Source: Schizosaccharomyces osmophilus
Taxonomy: Eukaryota
Assembly (NCBI RefSeq): GCF_027921745.1
Contig: NC_079238.1
Coordinates: 1,612,001-1,676,000, forward strand
Length of the DNA: 64,000 nt
Direction: 5' to 3'
Part shown: positions 47,679 to 58,925 of the stretch, piece after piece
How the letters are laid out: each line of letters begins with the position of its first letter
Numbering within the stretch: position 1 is the stretch's first letter
Translations under genes and position numbers: made by a program
The notes under the pieces: model-generated
Database searches by the model: none
Told to the model about the DNA's origin: nothing
Seen by the model: only the letters and a program-made list of their open reading frames with translations

Positions 47679-48392
47679 ATGACGGATACGATGCTACTCA
47701 GGGAGATGGAACAAAGAGGAATCCCTTTACAGGATTCATGGCTTTTGTTAGTCGTAAATCACCTTGTTCATCAAAGGAAATACGCTCGAGAAAACATAAC
47801 AACCGAACTCGTCTTTCCCTTTTTCATGGCATCCGATATCCGTACTTCTACATCTGGAGCAGGTGCTGCAGCCTATGATATCTCCAGCCAGCATAATATC
47901 ACACTTTCAAACCCGTTGTTGGTACAAGTGGTCAGAATCAGGGAAATTGGGAAAAGTATCGTAAGCCAGCTTGAGTATTTAAATCAATTGGAAGAACGAA
48001 AAAACCTTAAAGGCCAGCAAATTATTCGGCTAGTAGACGAGGAAGATCAAGAAGACAAAGAAGGAGATGACAGCGGTATTGCTGAGGCACAGGAAGCCAT
48101 ATTCGACGGAAAAGGTTTTAAGTATATGTGTCGACTGGTGTTAGAAGATGCGAATGGACAAAGATTCTATGGTATGGAATGGAAGCCGATTCCGGGAATT
48201 CAGCTCGACACGGATCTGGGAACAAAACTTGTTATTCATAATGCCCAGGTAAAGAGGGGGACTCTTCTTCTCACTCCCGAAAACACAAAGATATTAGGAG
48301 GGAAGATTGATGAATGGAACCGAGAATACTTTCCGAAGAAATTATTGCAAGAACTAAAAGAGGAATTGGAGACGAATAAAGTAAAGGCTTAA
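47679..48392 (+). CDS. rmi1: RecQ-mediated genome instability protein Rmi1 (OB fold)
   Basis: LLVQVVRIREIG, MCRLVLED..FYGMEWKPIP..LGTKLVI..VKRGTLLLTPENTKILGG. Confidence 0.9.
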   Translation: MTDTMLLREMEQRGIPLQDSWLLLVVNHLVHQRKYARENITTELVFPFFMASDIRTSTSGAGAAAYDISSQHNITLSNPLLVQVVRIREIGKSIVSQLEYLNQLEERKNLKGQQIIRLVDEEDQEDKEGDDSGIAEAQEAIFDGKGFKYMCRLVLEDANGQRFYGMEWKPIPGIQLDTDLGTKLVIHNAQVKRGTLLLTPENTKILGGKIDEWNREYFPKKLLQELKEELETNKVKA

Positions 48393-49858
48393 GCTTCAGT
48401 TTTCACATTTTTTAGCTTTGCCGAAATAAGAGTGGGAGCTTTAAAGTTCGATAAAGTAGTAAGCTTCCTCTTTTTCAAATCCAAGGCTCCTCGGTAGTTT
48501 TTAAGTCCAAGTTCACACATACCTACATGTTCCAAATCCGATTGAGATATCCAAAAAAAGTCTTCTTTCGTTTTAGTCTCGGGTGTTACGATAGCATAAA
48601 ACACATGGCTTGTTTTTCTTATATGACTAAAAATATGAAGATACCTTCCACGTGTTTGATGTTTTTTTACACATAAGTTTTCTTCTTGCAACCACAAGTC
48701 TAGACACCTCTGGAATTCGGCTTCCATATCTTTTGGCCAGGCATTTTCTCCATATTCAATTGTCGGAAAATCCCATAATCCCGCTAAAAGACCTACCGTA
48801 GGTCTCTTTCTAATTAAATATAGCTTTTCTTTTGTTTCTGGGTCTGTCTTTTGAAATATCACAACTAAAGCCCTTTCTTCTCTTTGCTTTGTCTTTTGCG
48901 GTCGAATGGGATACCTGTTTACCACCCAATTTTGCAATGTTTCAGCGGACGGGGGGTCTACTGAACAAATATTGCAGGGTCCTATCATTCTTGTTAGCTT
49001 ACAAAAAAGGAATTTTAGAGTAGCTCACCATCTTCAATATCATATTTTAATTCCTTTCTGTCTGAAATTATGATTTGTTCTTGATAGCCTTTGCAAATAT
49101 CCGAAATAGGACAAATGGAACATTGAGGGCTCTGAGGAGTACAGGTGACAGCGCCAAGTTCCATCAATGCTTGATTAAAATCGCCTGGGCGCTCAGGATC
49201 CACCAATGCGTTCGCTAGTTCCCTGTTGAGCGTTAGTAAACAATGTCGTAAACAATACGAGTTTGTACCAGATAAGAGTATTTGCCTTTCCTTTGCTACA
49301 GTCGCTATGAACGGCAAACGCTCGGCTCAAAACACGGATCACATTCCCATCCACAATTCCGGTACGTTGTTTCCAAGCAATACTTAATACAGCACCAGCC
49401 GTATAAGGCCCAACGCCAGGGATATCTTTGGCCCATTTCTCAGCACTTAGAGGGATTTCACTTGGTATTAGCCCAGCTAGGTACTGACAAGCCTGATGTA
49501 GACGTTTGCAACGCGTGTAGAACCCCATACCTGACCATAACGGCATGACCTGCGTATTGTAATCAGCTTCAGCACAAGCTTGAAGAGTAGGAAGAGTCTC
49601 CATCCATTTATTGTAATATCTTTTTACGGTTTCTACGCGCGTTTGTTGTAGCATAATTTCCGATACCAACACTTCGTACAGCCGCTGTACAGGGGACTCC
49701 CATTCGTTTAAAGGTGCATCTTTTTGGGGAAGATCGCATCCTTGTTTTCGCCATGGCAATACGCGCTTTGTTTCTTCATAGAAATCTATCAGATGTTTTC
49801 GAAATTGCTTTATTTCATCTTCATTATAGGAGTGTAAATTTAGAGAATGGCTAGACAT
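48389..49858 (-). CDS. myh1: Adenine DNA glycosylase MutY homologue (3 exons)
   Basis: RVLPWR, VSEIMLQQTRVETV, HhH IPGVGPYTAGAV, VDGNVIRV, FNQALMELGAVTC..PQCSICP Fe-S loop and NUDIX-like GLLAGLWDFP. Confidence 0.94.
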
Positions 49859-50379
49859 CTTCGCAGCATATAAAATAAAATATATATTGTAAATCTATAA
49901 ATATACGAGTTTCTTTTAGAAGTTTTTTGTGCAGCAAGTCACCACGAGTTGCTGGCTGTTTTTTAGAATCTGGTTGGTTGTAAATTTTGGTCGCTTTTCC
50001 GAATCTTGTATCGAAGCGAAATTGAATACTTTTGAATGTCGTGTCGAGCTTTTATGAACAAAAAGTGGTTTCCAAGTACAACGCAATTCGGCCCAATCCT
50101 TTTAGCAAAGCCATCAAAGGAAAAGTCAACTACAAACATTAATACTTTGAGTACGCGTTCACACAAAGGTTTATATTGTCAGAATGTTATTCATTTTATT
50201 GGTTTTTGTTCTAAAAGTATTAGTATTACTCAAAAAAATAAAAAATAAAATTTGACATATCGCCAAATTGTATATCAAGCAAACAAAACTTCTATAACGA
50301 AAAAAATAGTATAACAATGGTTCCAGGAGAACTTCAAGAAATCATGAGAAAAAAAAAAACTAAACATATAAAGTAATAG

Positions 50380-50403
50380 TATATATATATATATATATAT
50401 ATA
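50380..50403. repeat. (TA)12 microsatellite
   Basis: Read directly from the sequence, downstream of sxa1. Confidence 0.9.
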
Positions 50404-50533
50404 AATATATATCAATAAAATAGATAAATTAGAAATTAAAAACATTTTCCTTTTTTTTTATTCTGAAGCAGAAACGTAAAAGGCAAGGAACGACTTAAAA
50501 ACCGGATCACCGATTTTGAAAAGGACGTAATAT

Positions 50534-52108
50534 CTACATAACAACGAGGAGAAGGAAAGAAGTCATAATTGTAAACAAGGAATACATACTGTATTTGCCA
50601 AAAGCCGAGGCCACAGACTCTTCACTTTCACTAGCGCTACTTTCTAGCAATGTGCTATTAGCACCAGGAGTACCGGTTAAAGGAACGCTCGAAGAACCAA
50701 TATTATAACCATCACTAACGGTAGCAGAAGCAGCGGGCTTGGCGGTTGATACCCCACTTAGAGCGGAAGCGATGTTACCAACTTCAACGCCAGAACCAGT
50801 GGCATTCTTACGGAGGTTGGCGAACCCAATTTTTTGGGCATCCCAATCGTAGGCAGCATAGATATTCTGCAGAAAATACTGACCAAGGATGCAAGATTGA
50901 GAGGAAGGAACAAAAGCCAGGTAACAAAGTTCTTGTCCTTGGTATGGTTCACGAGCAATCACTAATTGCCCCATAGGGATTTGGAAGGAAGCGTCACCTT
51001 GGAAATTAAATTGGACGTAATCAGAATCCGAAAAGGAGTTACAGTAAACGACTGGATATCCTTGAGTGTTTATGAATCCAGAATAACGGTCAGCAATCGC
51101 TTCAACGGCATTTTCAGGCATGTATAACAAAACGGTACCGGTGTCAACAGTGGCATTTTGGTTTACTTGGGAACTAGAATCGGACTTGTCAAATGACAAA
51201 TTCTTTGAGTTTTCTTGGTTGGATGAGTCGGGCATACTCAAACTTTCCAAAAATACAGAATAGAAATTACTGTCATCAGAAATGTCTAACCAATGGAAAT
51301 TGCCGTCAATTCTAGCTTTATTATAACCACCAAATATCAATTCACCTTCTTGCGCATTGAGGTAGATACCAAAGGAATAGGAGTTGATTAGGCCAGAAGT
51401 ATAAAGCTGTTCGACAATGGTAGGAGGTGAATAAGCGACTGCGCGATTGTTCGATGAAACACCAACAATGGTCATTCCTGGGGACAAACCGATGATTCCA
51501 GGGGTAATGCTAATCTGGTTGGAATCGTATTCACGAGTGGCGACACCAAAAGTGAAATTGTCAAGAGATAATCCAGCAAAATAAGCCTTGTCAACCATGT
51601 TGTATCCGATAGCAGTGGTATTATCACCATAACTAGTAAGGAAACCGATGATGTTGTTACTGGTCAACTTTGCACTTGTATCGGAGAAGTCATAGCACGT
51701 ATAATTGGAGCAAATGCCCTGCAAGTCAGATGTACTTCTGCCAGGCTCCATGTTGCCCCCAAATTCGGAAGGATCCAGGGCTGAAACATTAGATGCGGTA
51801 ACCCAGGTGTAAGGGCTACCAGTGTCCAGTGTCAAAGAAAAATTTCTCTTTTTCTCACCCATTATAATACTAGCAAAGTAGCTTCCTGTGTTAGTATACT
51901 CCAAATCCAGGAGAGGATAGCCGTAACCATCTCGCTTCGACAAGAAACGAGTTCGTTCAAATTCTGCAGAGTCATCTTGAGCATATGAATGTCTCAATCC
52001 CATAACGACAGACTTTCCACCGTCATCCGTGTCAACAACGGTTGCAGAACAAAGTCGATGTGCAGTCTGCAATACACAGGCTGCTGCCCATAAAAGAGAG
52101 AACTTCAT
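50534..52108 (-). CDS. sxa1: Secreted/GPI-type aspartic protease (yapsin-like) Sxa1
   Basis: Signal peptide, KR pro-site (LSKRDG), two catalytic motifs LDTGS and VDTGT, ILGQYFL, Ser/Thr stalk and hydrophobic C-terminus. Symbol from synteny. Confidence 0.88.
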   Translation of the reverse strand: MKFSLLWAAACVLQTAHRLCSATVVDTDDGGKSVVMGLRHSYAQDDSAEFERTRFLSKRDGYGYPLLDLEYTNTGSYFASIIMGEKKRNFSLTLDTGSPYTWVTASNVSALDPSEFGGNMEPGRSTSDLQGICSNYTCYDFSDTSAKLTSNNIIGFLTSYGDNTTAIGYNMVDKAYFAGLSLDNFTFGVATREYDSNQISITPGIIGLSPGMTIVGVSSNNRAVAYSPPTIVEQLYTSGLINSYSFGIYLNAQEGELIFGGYNKARIDGNFHWLDISDDSNFYSVFLESLSMPDSSNQENSKNLSFDKSDSSSQVNQNATVDTGTVLLYMPENAVEAIADRYSGFINTQGYPVVYCNSFSDSDYVQFNFQGDASFQIPMGQLVIAREPYQGQELCYLAFVPSSQSCILGQYFLQNIYAAYDWDAQKIGFANLRKNATGSGVEVGNIASALSGVSTAKPAASATVSDGYNIGSSSVPLTGTPGANSTLLESSASESEESVASAFGKYSMYSLFTIMTSFLLLVVM

Positions 52109-53004
52109 TTTCTACTAGCAATATAAACTTTCAAGTTGAACGTGGCTTTCAAATGGTCCTTTCCTTTGTAACTTATACCTAACCACCCAATTAATGGGTT
52201 CTTGTGGTAGTTGGTTCTTGGTGAGTTTATTCCCTCTTCCTCAGCTGTCAATATAGCGTAAGCCGCTCGGAATTGCAACAAAGAGCATTCATGTTTTGTG
52301 AAGTCATACTCTCCGATTTATGAGAAGAGTGGAATACGACATTGTTAAATGATTTTAAGGGATGGATATGAAACTAGGTTCCAGTTCAGTAATAAACAGA
52401 CAAACAAATAAATTGTCTCTTTGTGAGAGAAATACATAAAAGCAATAATTTCAACTGAAAAGAAATTATATTAATTATATTAAAAAATAAATAAAAATTT
52501 GGTCTGTCCGTATTGACTAGTGAATTTGCAAATGGTTGCATCTTTATAAATAGGGACTATGAATGACAAAACCAAAAATGAATATTGGAAAACAAAACAG
52601 TTATTTTTTTTTTAAAAAAAAAAAAAAGCCATAATCAGAAACGAAAAATTAGGAAAAGACACTTCATCTCCCCATTGCAATGCAATGCATGTAAAAAGAA
52701 AACAAGGAAACAATGCTTGGAATGATTGGTTAGAATAAACTACAAAATAATCCAAAGGAAGTTTTCATACAAAGTAAAACTTCAAATTTCAATAATATCT
52801 ATAAACAGTTACGTCTCTTACTCTCTAGACAGCCTTTGCACTGCTGTTTTGTTGAAACATACAAAAAATTTTATTGTACTCATTAACAATCCAACCTATT
52901 TTCCAATCCATACATTATTGTAGAGAGATTAAAAAGCTCTTTTTTTTTTGTGAAATAACAAAACAAACCAGTACCTAGCTTACGCCCTTTTTTATAAATT
53001 ACGC

Positions 53005-54555
53005 TCATTCGGTCCCGTTGGACATCTGCAAAGCTGGTGCCGCTTGTATCGGAATTTGGAAAATAAATCCACGGTTAGCCACATTTCGAATATTTTTCCA
53101 GCGTCCATAGCGAAATTCCCGGCCACATGCAGCCAATACTAACAACTGTTCATGTCCCTTTCTTCCTTGAATCGAAAGTGATAAGGAATTAATAATGCTC
53201 TTTGTTGCCAAAGGCTTTTCCAACTCAACGGGTTCAAACGAACGAAGTCCATCAGCAATTCTCCATAAACGAATCGTTCCGTCCCATGAGCCAGACACAA
53301 ATAAATTCGCATACGGTAAAGCTCTCAAGGAAGTGATCCAACGAGGCTGTGGAGGTGGAGTGCTTTCTAATGGTGTTTTTTCTGCAGAGTGCCGTTCAGG
53401 GGCTAACGGGGTATCTAATCCATGTGCCAAAGGATAAGTGTAAACTGGTTTTTTTCTTTGTAAAGACCATAGGGCGAGAACCCCGTTATCACTACCCGTA
53501 ATGAAATGATTTTCATCTACTATAGTGACACAGTCCACACTGCCTTCCATATATCCACCCGTCATTTTAATTGAGTTACCTCCGCTCCGAAACACAAGTT
53601 GTGATTCCTCAACGATCTTCCACAATCTACTACTACGGTCCCGACCACCAACTGTAATACAACGTTCTTGCGAGAAAGCATCGACGTCGTTTACGATATC
53701 TTGATGACCAAACAAGGTTTCGACATAACTCATAGAGTCCAAAGACCATACTTTGATGGAACGATCGGCAGCTGCACTAAACATTTCGTTTGTTCCCTTT
53801 CGAAATGCCAAAGCCAATATCGCATCTCGATGATGCTTCCAGCAATGCCGAGCAGTTAATGTTTCAGAGTCTCGTACAACAACCCGATGGTCAAGACCCC
53901 CTGTCACCACCCATCGACCATCGTTGCTAATTGCCAGACATGTAATTTCTGCCACATGATCGCGCTCTCCACCTTGGGGAATAGAAAATCGAACAGGCTT
54001 CAACTTCAACTCAGACGCGGTTTTGCCGCCACCTTCAGTATCTTCATTTAGAATTTTCCATTTTTGAACCAATCCTGATTTATCGGCGCTGTACACAAAT
54101 TCCTCGTTCATAATTAGTCCAACAAGTGGCTTGGAGTGTCGGCCACGCAGTTGTGTGCAAGTGGGTTGAACCGAAGGCTCAATACGACTTGCATAATCTA
54201 AATACATTTTTCCTTGTTTTTCTAAAACATCTTCTTGTAAGCGCTCAGAAAGCAGCTCGCGATCTACTTCTTCTGCATTGAAGCCAACGTCTTCACCAAT
54301 TTCGTTTTTTATCTGGTCCAAATAGTCTTTGGCAATTCGCAATCGCTTTTCAGCTGCGTTTTCATGAGCATCTTCATTTTCTTCATCTGGATCGTGTTGT
54401 TCTCTTTCCATATCTGAGTCTGAAGATATAGATGCTAAATCCTCATCTTTTGATTCATTTTGTGGCTTTCTTTTACTCGCAACGGGTTTTTTCTGTGCTG
54501 CATTCTTTGCTTTTCTCTTTCTATGTTCCGGACGCGTGAAAAATGGGTCCGACAT
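53005..54555 (-). CDS. rrp9: U3 snoRNP WD40 protein Rrp9 (U3-55K)
   Basis: MSDPFF start, ENAAEKRLRIAKDYL, YVETLFGHQD, GGRDRSSRLWKIVEESQLVF, PRWITSL. Confidence 0.93.
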   Translation of the reverse strand: MSDPFFTRPEHRKRKAKNAAQKKPVASKRKPQNESKDEDLASISSDSDMEREQHDPDEENEDAHENAAEKRLRIAKDYLDQIKNEIGEDVGFNAEEVDRELLSERLQEDVLEKQGKMYLDYASRIEPSVQPTCTQLRGRHSKPLVGLIMNEEFVYSADKSGLVQKWKILNEDTEGGGKTASELKLKPVRFSIPQGGERDHVAEITCLAISNDGRWVVTGGLDHRVVVRDSETLTARHCWKHHRDAILALAFRKGTNEMFSAAADRSIKVWSLDSMSYVETLFGHQDIVNDVDAFSQERCITVGGRDRSSRLWKIVEESQLVFRSGGNSIKMTGGYMEGSVDCVTIVDENHFITGSDNGVLALWSLQRKKPVYTYPLAHGLDTPLAPERHSAEKTPLESTPPPQPRWITSLRALPYANLFVSGSWDGTIRLWRIADGLRSFEPVELEKPLATKSIINSLSLSIQGRKGHEQLLVLAACGREFRYGRWKNIRNVANRGFIFQIPIQAAPALQMSNGTE

Positions 54556-54851
54556 GACTTTTTTTCAAATTCCTGAAAGTTTTGTACTATGCTACTATTA
54601 AAGATACTAAGAAAGACTATCGGTGAACTCGTTTCTCTAGTTGACCGAAAGTACTATGTATTCGGTAAACCTCATTCCAGAAATTACCGATATTCACCGA
54701 GACAGACTCTCCTAAAGTTCTGAATGAATATTGCAGGATAGAAGAATTCAACATTCATGGAATAACAAGTATTGGATTTTTTATTTAAAAGAAGTAACTC
54801 AATTATTAATATCTACCCTCTTATCGCTCCTAGTTTGAATATTTACCGTAT

Positions 54852-55934
54852 ATGCAGTTAACCATAAAAAAACATGTTGCATTCTTTCAACGGCATTTGA
54901 TTCTCTTACCGAATCCGTATGAGGAACATGATTCTGAAAGAATGGCTTTAGGATTTTTCTGTCTACTTGGATTGGACTTACTTAATGCGTTGGACAAGGT
55001 TTCCGAAGAAGACCGAGATTCGTGGATTGAGTGGATTTATGATAATTATGTTCTAATTAATTCCAATGACTCTAACAATAAATACGCCGGATTTCGCGGA
55101 TTCGCTGCGGGAACTACCCTAATTCCAGTTGAACAGGAGCCTCAACTAGCAGCTACTAGCTTTGCTATTAGTAATCTCCTCCTACTGGGCGATGATCTTT
55201 CTCGAATTGACAAACAAGCAGTTGAACAATTTCTTTCCTTATGCCAATTGCCAGGCGGTCACTTCAAAAGTACAGCTTCAACAATGTGTTGCGACCAAGA
55301 TATGCGGCAGTTGTACCTAGCTGCTACAATAGCTACCCTGCTCAATATCTCTTTCCCTCAAACTGAATTATCTCTCCAGTACATTATAAAATGTCAGAAT
55401 TATGAAGGAGGATTTTCCTTGATTCCTTTTGCTGAGGCTCATGCAGGTGCAACTTTTTGCGCTTTAGCATCATTAAAACTACTTGTTAATTTCATAACTA
55501 TTCAAAAGCAGTCAAGTTTGGATAAGGGTTCTGTTTCTAAACCGTACCAATTTCACGATTATATTCCCGACAAGAAAAAGCTTCTTGTATGGCTAGTGAA
55601 AAGACAGCAGAGTTCTGGTGGATTTAATGGAAGAACAAATAAAGACCATGACACTTGCTATTCTTACTGGGTTCAAGGTTCGTTACAATTATTAGGGGCA
55701 TCTCAATTTATTTCTCATAACGATGTAAAGAATTTTCTATTGTGCCAAACACAACACAATTTTGGAGGGTTTTCAAAGGTACCGGGAGAATTTCCGGACA
55801 TATTACATTCTTCTTTGGGTTTATACGCATTGGCATTCGATGACGCAGCCAATCTTCCTAAAGTTGAGCATGCCATCTGTCTCCCGACAAGGCGTATGCC
55901 AAACTTCCAACATGTAAAAAAAAAGACTATATAG
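54852..55934 (+). CDS. cwg2: Geranylgeranyltransferase-I beta subunit
   Basis: DMRQLY, CQNYEGGF, EAHAGATFCALASL, GGFNGRTNKDHDTCYSYW, PDILHSSLGL. Confidence 0.92.
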   Translation: MQLTIKKHVAFFQRHLILLPNPYEEHDSERMALGFFCLLGLDLLNALDKVSEEDRDSWIEWIYDNYVLINSNDSNNKYAGFRGFAAGTTLIPVEQEPQLAATSFAISNLLLLGDDLSRIDKQAVEQFLSLCQLPGGHFKSTASTMCCDQDMRQLYLAATIATLLNISFPQTELSLQYIIKCQNYEGGFSLIPFAEAHAGATFCALASLKLLVNFITIQKQSSLDKGSVSKPYQFHDYIPDKKKLLVWLVKRQQSSGGFNGRTNKDHDTCYSYWVQGSLQLLGASQFISHNDVKNFLLCQTQHNFGGFSKVPGEFPDILHSSLGLYALAFDDAANLPKVEHAICLPTRRMPNFQHVKKKTI

Positions 55935-55987
55935 CTCTCAAACAATATCCCAATGCTCTATATAATCATAATAATAATGATAATCAC

Positions 55988-56902
55988 CTATTTATTTGTC
56001 ATTTGATCGTTTTTACGAAGAGGAACTCTATTAGCACGACGTTTGACTCTACGCTTACCGGCTTTCGCCGTATTCTCGGCAGGCTTAGTCTGCTGTTCTG
56101 GTACTCTTTCTTTAGGCTCTGACTTTTCTTCCTCCTCGTTGGATAAGTCTATGTTGGTTTCTTGAGAACGGTCATTCATTGGAAACCAGCGTAAGACAAG
56201 GGTTTGTAACAAGAATTTGGGAACTCGATATAACAAGATATCGGAAATTTTCACATTGGGAACAGCGTTTGGAGATACCAAGTACTCAACATTTGATGAA
56301 GGGTCTAAAATACATACTTGGCCCGTAAACGAATCCACCGTATAAATTCTTTTTCCTTGAGGCACCGTGACAATACGCTTCGTTCCTTTAGCAGTGTTGG
56401 AGTATTGTTCGTATTTCTTAGCCAAATCAATGTGATCTTGCATGATCTTTTTCTGGCGTTTCACACTTAATACGCGCATCATTAAGTGGGCAAATGAAAT
56501 GAAAACAGCAAGTAAAATAAGAACGGCTCCGAGACCTGGACGGTACCTAGAATACAAATAAGCGGTTCCTTTCCAACGTGGAAACCCATTTCTCAAAAAA
56601 TGGTCATAGCGTTTACGCGTATCCGTATTTCGTAGAATATTAATAATTAAGCCTAGCAGAGTGTAGAGTTCCCCCGTGCTGGGATTTTTGTCAGGATGGT
56701 AAAGAATACTCTTTTTTTTATATGCGCGATTGATTTCCTTAATAGATGCTTTTGATGAAACTTCTAATAGTTCATAAAATGTAAGTTTTTTCTTCATGAT
56801 CGTTCTCAATGAGTCAACGATTCGGAATATCTCAATATCAGATGCACTCCATGCTACGCACACGCCTACGAATAGGAAAAGCAAAAAATAACGACTGACC
56901 AT
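55988..56902 (-). CDS. erj5: ER membrane J-domain protein (Erj5/DNAJC1-like)
   Basis: Signal peptide, [11 protein letters not shown] domain with HPD (YHPDKN), [18 protein letters not shown], then a TM helix and a basic tail. Confidence 0.88.
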   Translation of the reverse strand: MVSRYFLLFLFVGVCVAWSASDIEIFRIVDSLRTIMKKKLTFYELLEVSSKASIKEINRAYKKKSILYHPDKNPSTGELYTLLGLIINILRNTDTRKRYDHFLRNGFPRWKGTAYLYSRYRPGLGAVLILLAVFISFAHLMMRVLSVKRQKKIMQDHIDLAKKYEQYSNTAKGTKRIVTVPQGKRIYTVDSFTGQVCILDPSSNVEYLVSPNAVPNVKISDILLYRVPKFLLQTLVLRWFPMNDRSQETNIDLSNEEEEKSEPKERVPEQQTKPAENTAKAGKRRVKRRANRVPLRKNDQMTNK

Positions 56903-57551
56903 AATTAAAAATTCCAGTTATTTGAAGGGAACGAAGGTATTGAACCTGAGAGATTCATCAAGTAAACGAAATGAATACGATACGTATCGTGGTATCGTTG
57001 CGTTGGGTTAGTAAATAAACAGTTAAAATAATTATTCATACAGAAATATTGGATATATACTTGTTACAAATGACTGTAAGGATAAATAAATAAATATATT
57101 AAGAAAAATTTAAGAATATCAATGGATGTTATTGAATGTTTTGTCAAATTGATCATGTAGGAATTCGTTGGAAATTTTGTTGCAGGTACCATTCCTATCT
57201 AAAAATTAAACTTCAGATGTATTGTTATTTTCAATGTGTTCTTTCAAAATGAAGTTTTTTCTAGAGGACATATCAACAAGAACGCTAAAGCAAGCATTAC
57301 TATAGCATCAAGGTGGATGACGATTTGAAAGAATCGTGTATGGGAAAGCACGAGTATGAGTACAATTCACTACTTATAAATTCAATTTATCCACTTAAGA
57401 GCTCAGTGACTTAATATTTCTGTTAGAAAACATGGTTTACCTATTTGTTTACATTGCATTGGTAATTGCCAAAACACCACATGTAAACAAACTTGAGAAT
57501 GTATCCCAATGAGCAGATATCATAGACTTGCCTTTCCCAAATATTCTAGAA

Positions 57552-58040
57552 ATGGATTTTCGCTACAGAGTACGTAAAGCTTTTAATCAGTTGGGGCCTG
57601 ACTCTATATCTACAAGCAAGCGAGTCATCTCTACAGCTTCGAGTGATGAATATTGGAGGATGGGAAAGGTCTCTTTACCACGCTTAGACGCCATAGCCAC
57701 CCGGACGCAGTATAATTTCCAGAAAAATGCCTTTTACTATGCAACCTTCTTCTGTGCTTCCTGGCTGTTTACATTCTTTTGGTACCCCTTTTCCTTACTA
57801 GCATTGATGGTTGGCGTTTTTCTTAGCTTTGTAGCATATGCCATTGGTGACATTAGTATTGACGAGAATATTCAGGTGAAACATAGGTATACTGTCACAG
57901 CCATCTCTTCTCTAACTTTGATGGTTACCTTCTTCTTGGTGCCTTTTAGCCGCCTTTTATTGTCTCTCTTTCTAATTTCCGGTACTTTGCTTGCTCACGC
58001 TACGCTCACCCCACATGAAAATCCTGCAGGGTTGTTGTAA
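57552..58040 (+). CDS. mug109: Small hydrophobic PRA1/Yip3-like membrane protein
   Basis: RTQYNFQKNAFYY followed by two long hydrophobic blocks and LLAHATL, resembling the PRA1 N..Y and HA motifs. Symbol from remembered synteny. Confidence 0.65.
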   Translation: MDFRYRVRKAFNQLGPDSISTSKRVISTASSDEYWRMGKVSLPRLDAIATRTQYNFQKNAFYYATFFCASWLFTFFWYPFSLLALMVGVFLSFVAYAIGDISIDENIQVKHRYTVTAISSLTLMVTFFLVPFSRLLLSLFLISGTLLAHATLTPHENPAGLL

Positions 58041-58306
58041 AGATACTTTCTTTCAAATCTCTCCGTGAAAGTATAGTCCATTTCTATCCTTTTAAAAGCT
58101 GAAAAGAGAAAACAAGATGTAAAACAAAAACTCCTAACCGGCTTCCTTACTGATCCTTCTTCGTCTGCTAGAGATTTGCTCTGTTCATCTTGCCCAAAAA
58201 CACACAAAGTTCTAGCATATCTTTGTATCCTGTTGCACCCTTTTCTAATTTTTTAAAAAAGTCATTTTCATTATAATGGAGGTTTTCTCACAAAGATACT
58301 AGAGGA

Positions 58307-58340
58307 AGAGAGAGAGAGAGAGGGAGAGAGAGAGAGAGAG
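58307..58340. repeat. Interrupted (AG)n microsatellite
   Basis: About 17 AG units with one GG interruption. Confidence 0.9.
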
Positions 58341-58925
58341 TATTCAAATAAAAAAAATAAAAAAAAAAGAGAAAACGTAAACAGAACCAAGATTTGTTTC
58401 CAGGATTCTAACTCCAAGATAATAATTGTTCTTCAAAAGAGTTCAGAATGCCATATTTACATTCCAGGTTTTAAGCATTGTTCATAGTTACCAGATGGTG
58501 TTTATAACCCGAAAGAACAGGTCATCAATCTCAATTAATGATCTTTTTATATATTTTTTATTTTAGTGTTCGTTTCTTAGTTATTGGTGCAACATTCTTG
58601 CAACAAATTTCCGTAACAGGTAAAGGCCGCTTTCCACTGAAACATTTAGTATCCAGAAACAATTCATACCAACATAAGCAACATACAAAAAGGCTGCTTA
58701 GCAGCAGATACTCAATTGCATTAGAAACTCCTTTTTTTGAGGAACTTTCTTTTTCATTCAATTAATCTGTTTACCGATAAAGAATTTATTTCTTAAATTG
58801 TTAGTTTTTGCTGAGTGCCAATATCCGAGCGGTGTAAGGACATAGCCTGGCCTTCCCGTACTTCCCTTTTAATTATTATTTAGATTTTTTAGTCCTTTTT
58901 GGTTTTAAAAAGTTTAATCTGAATC

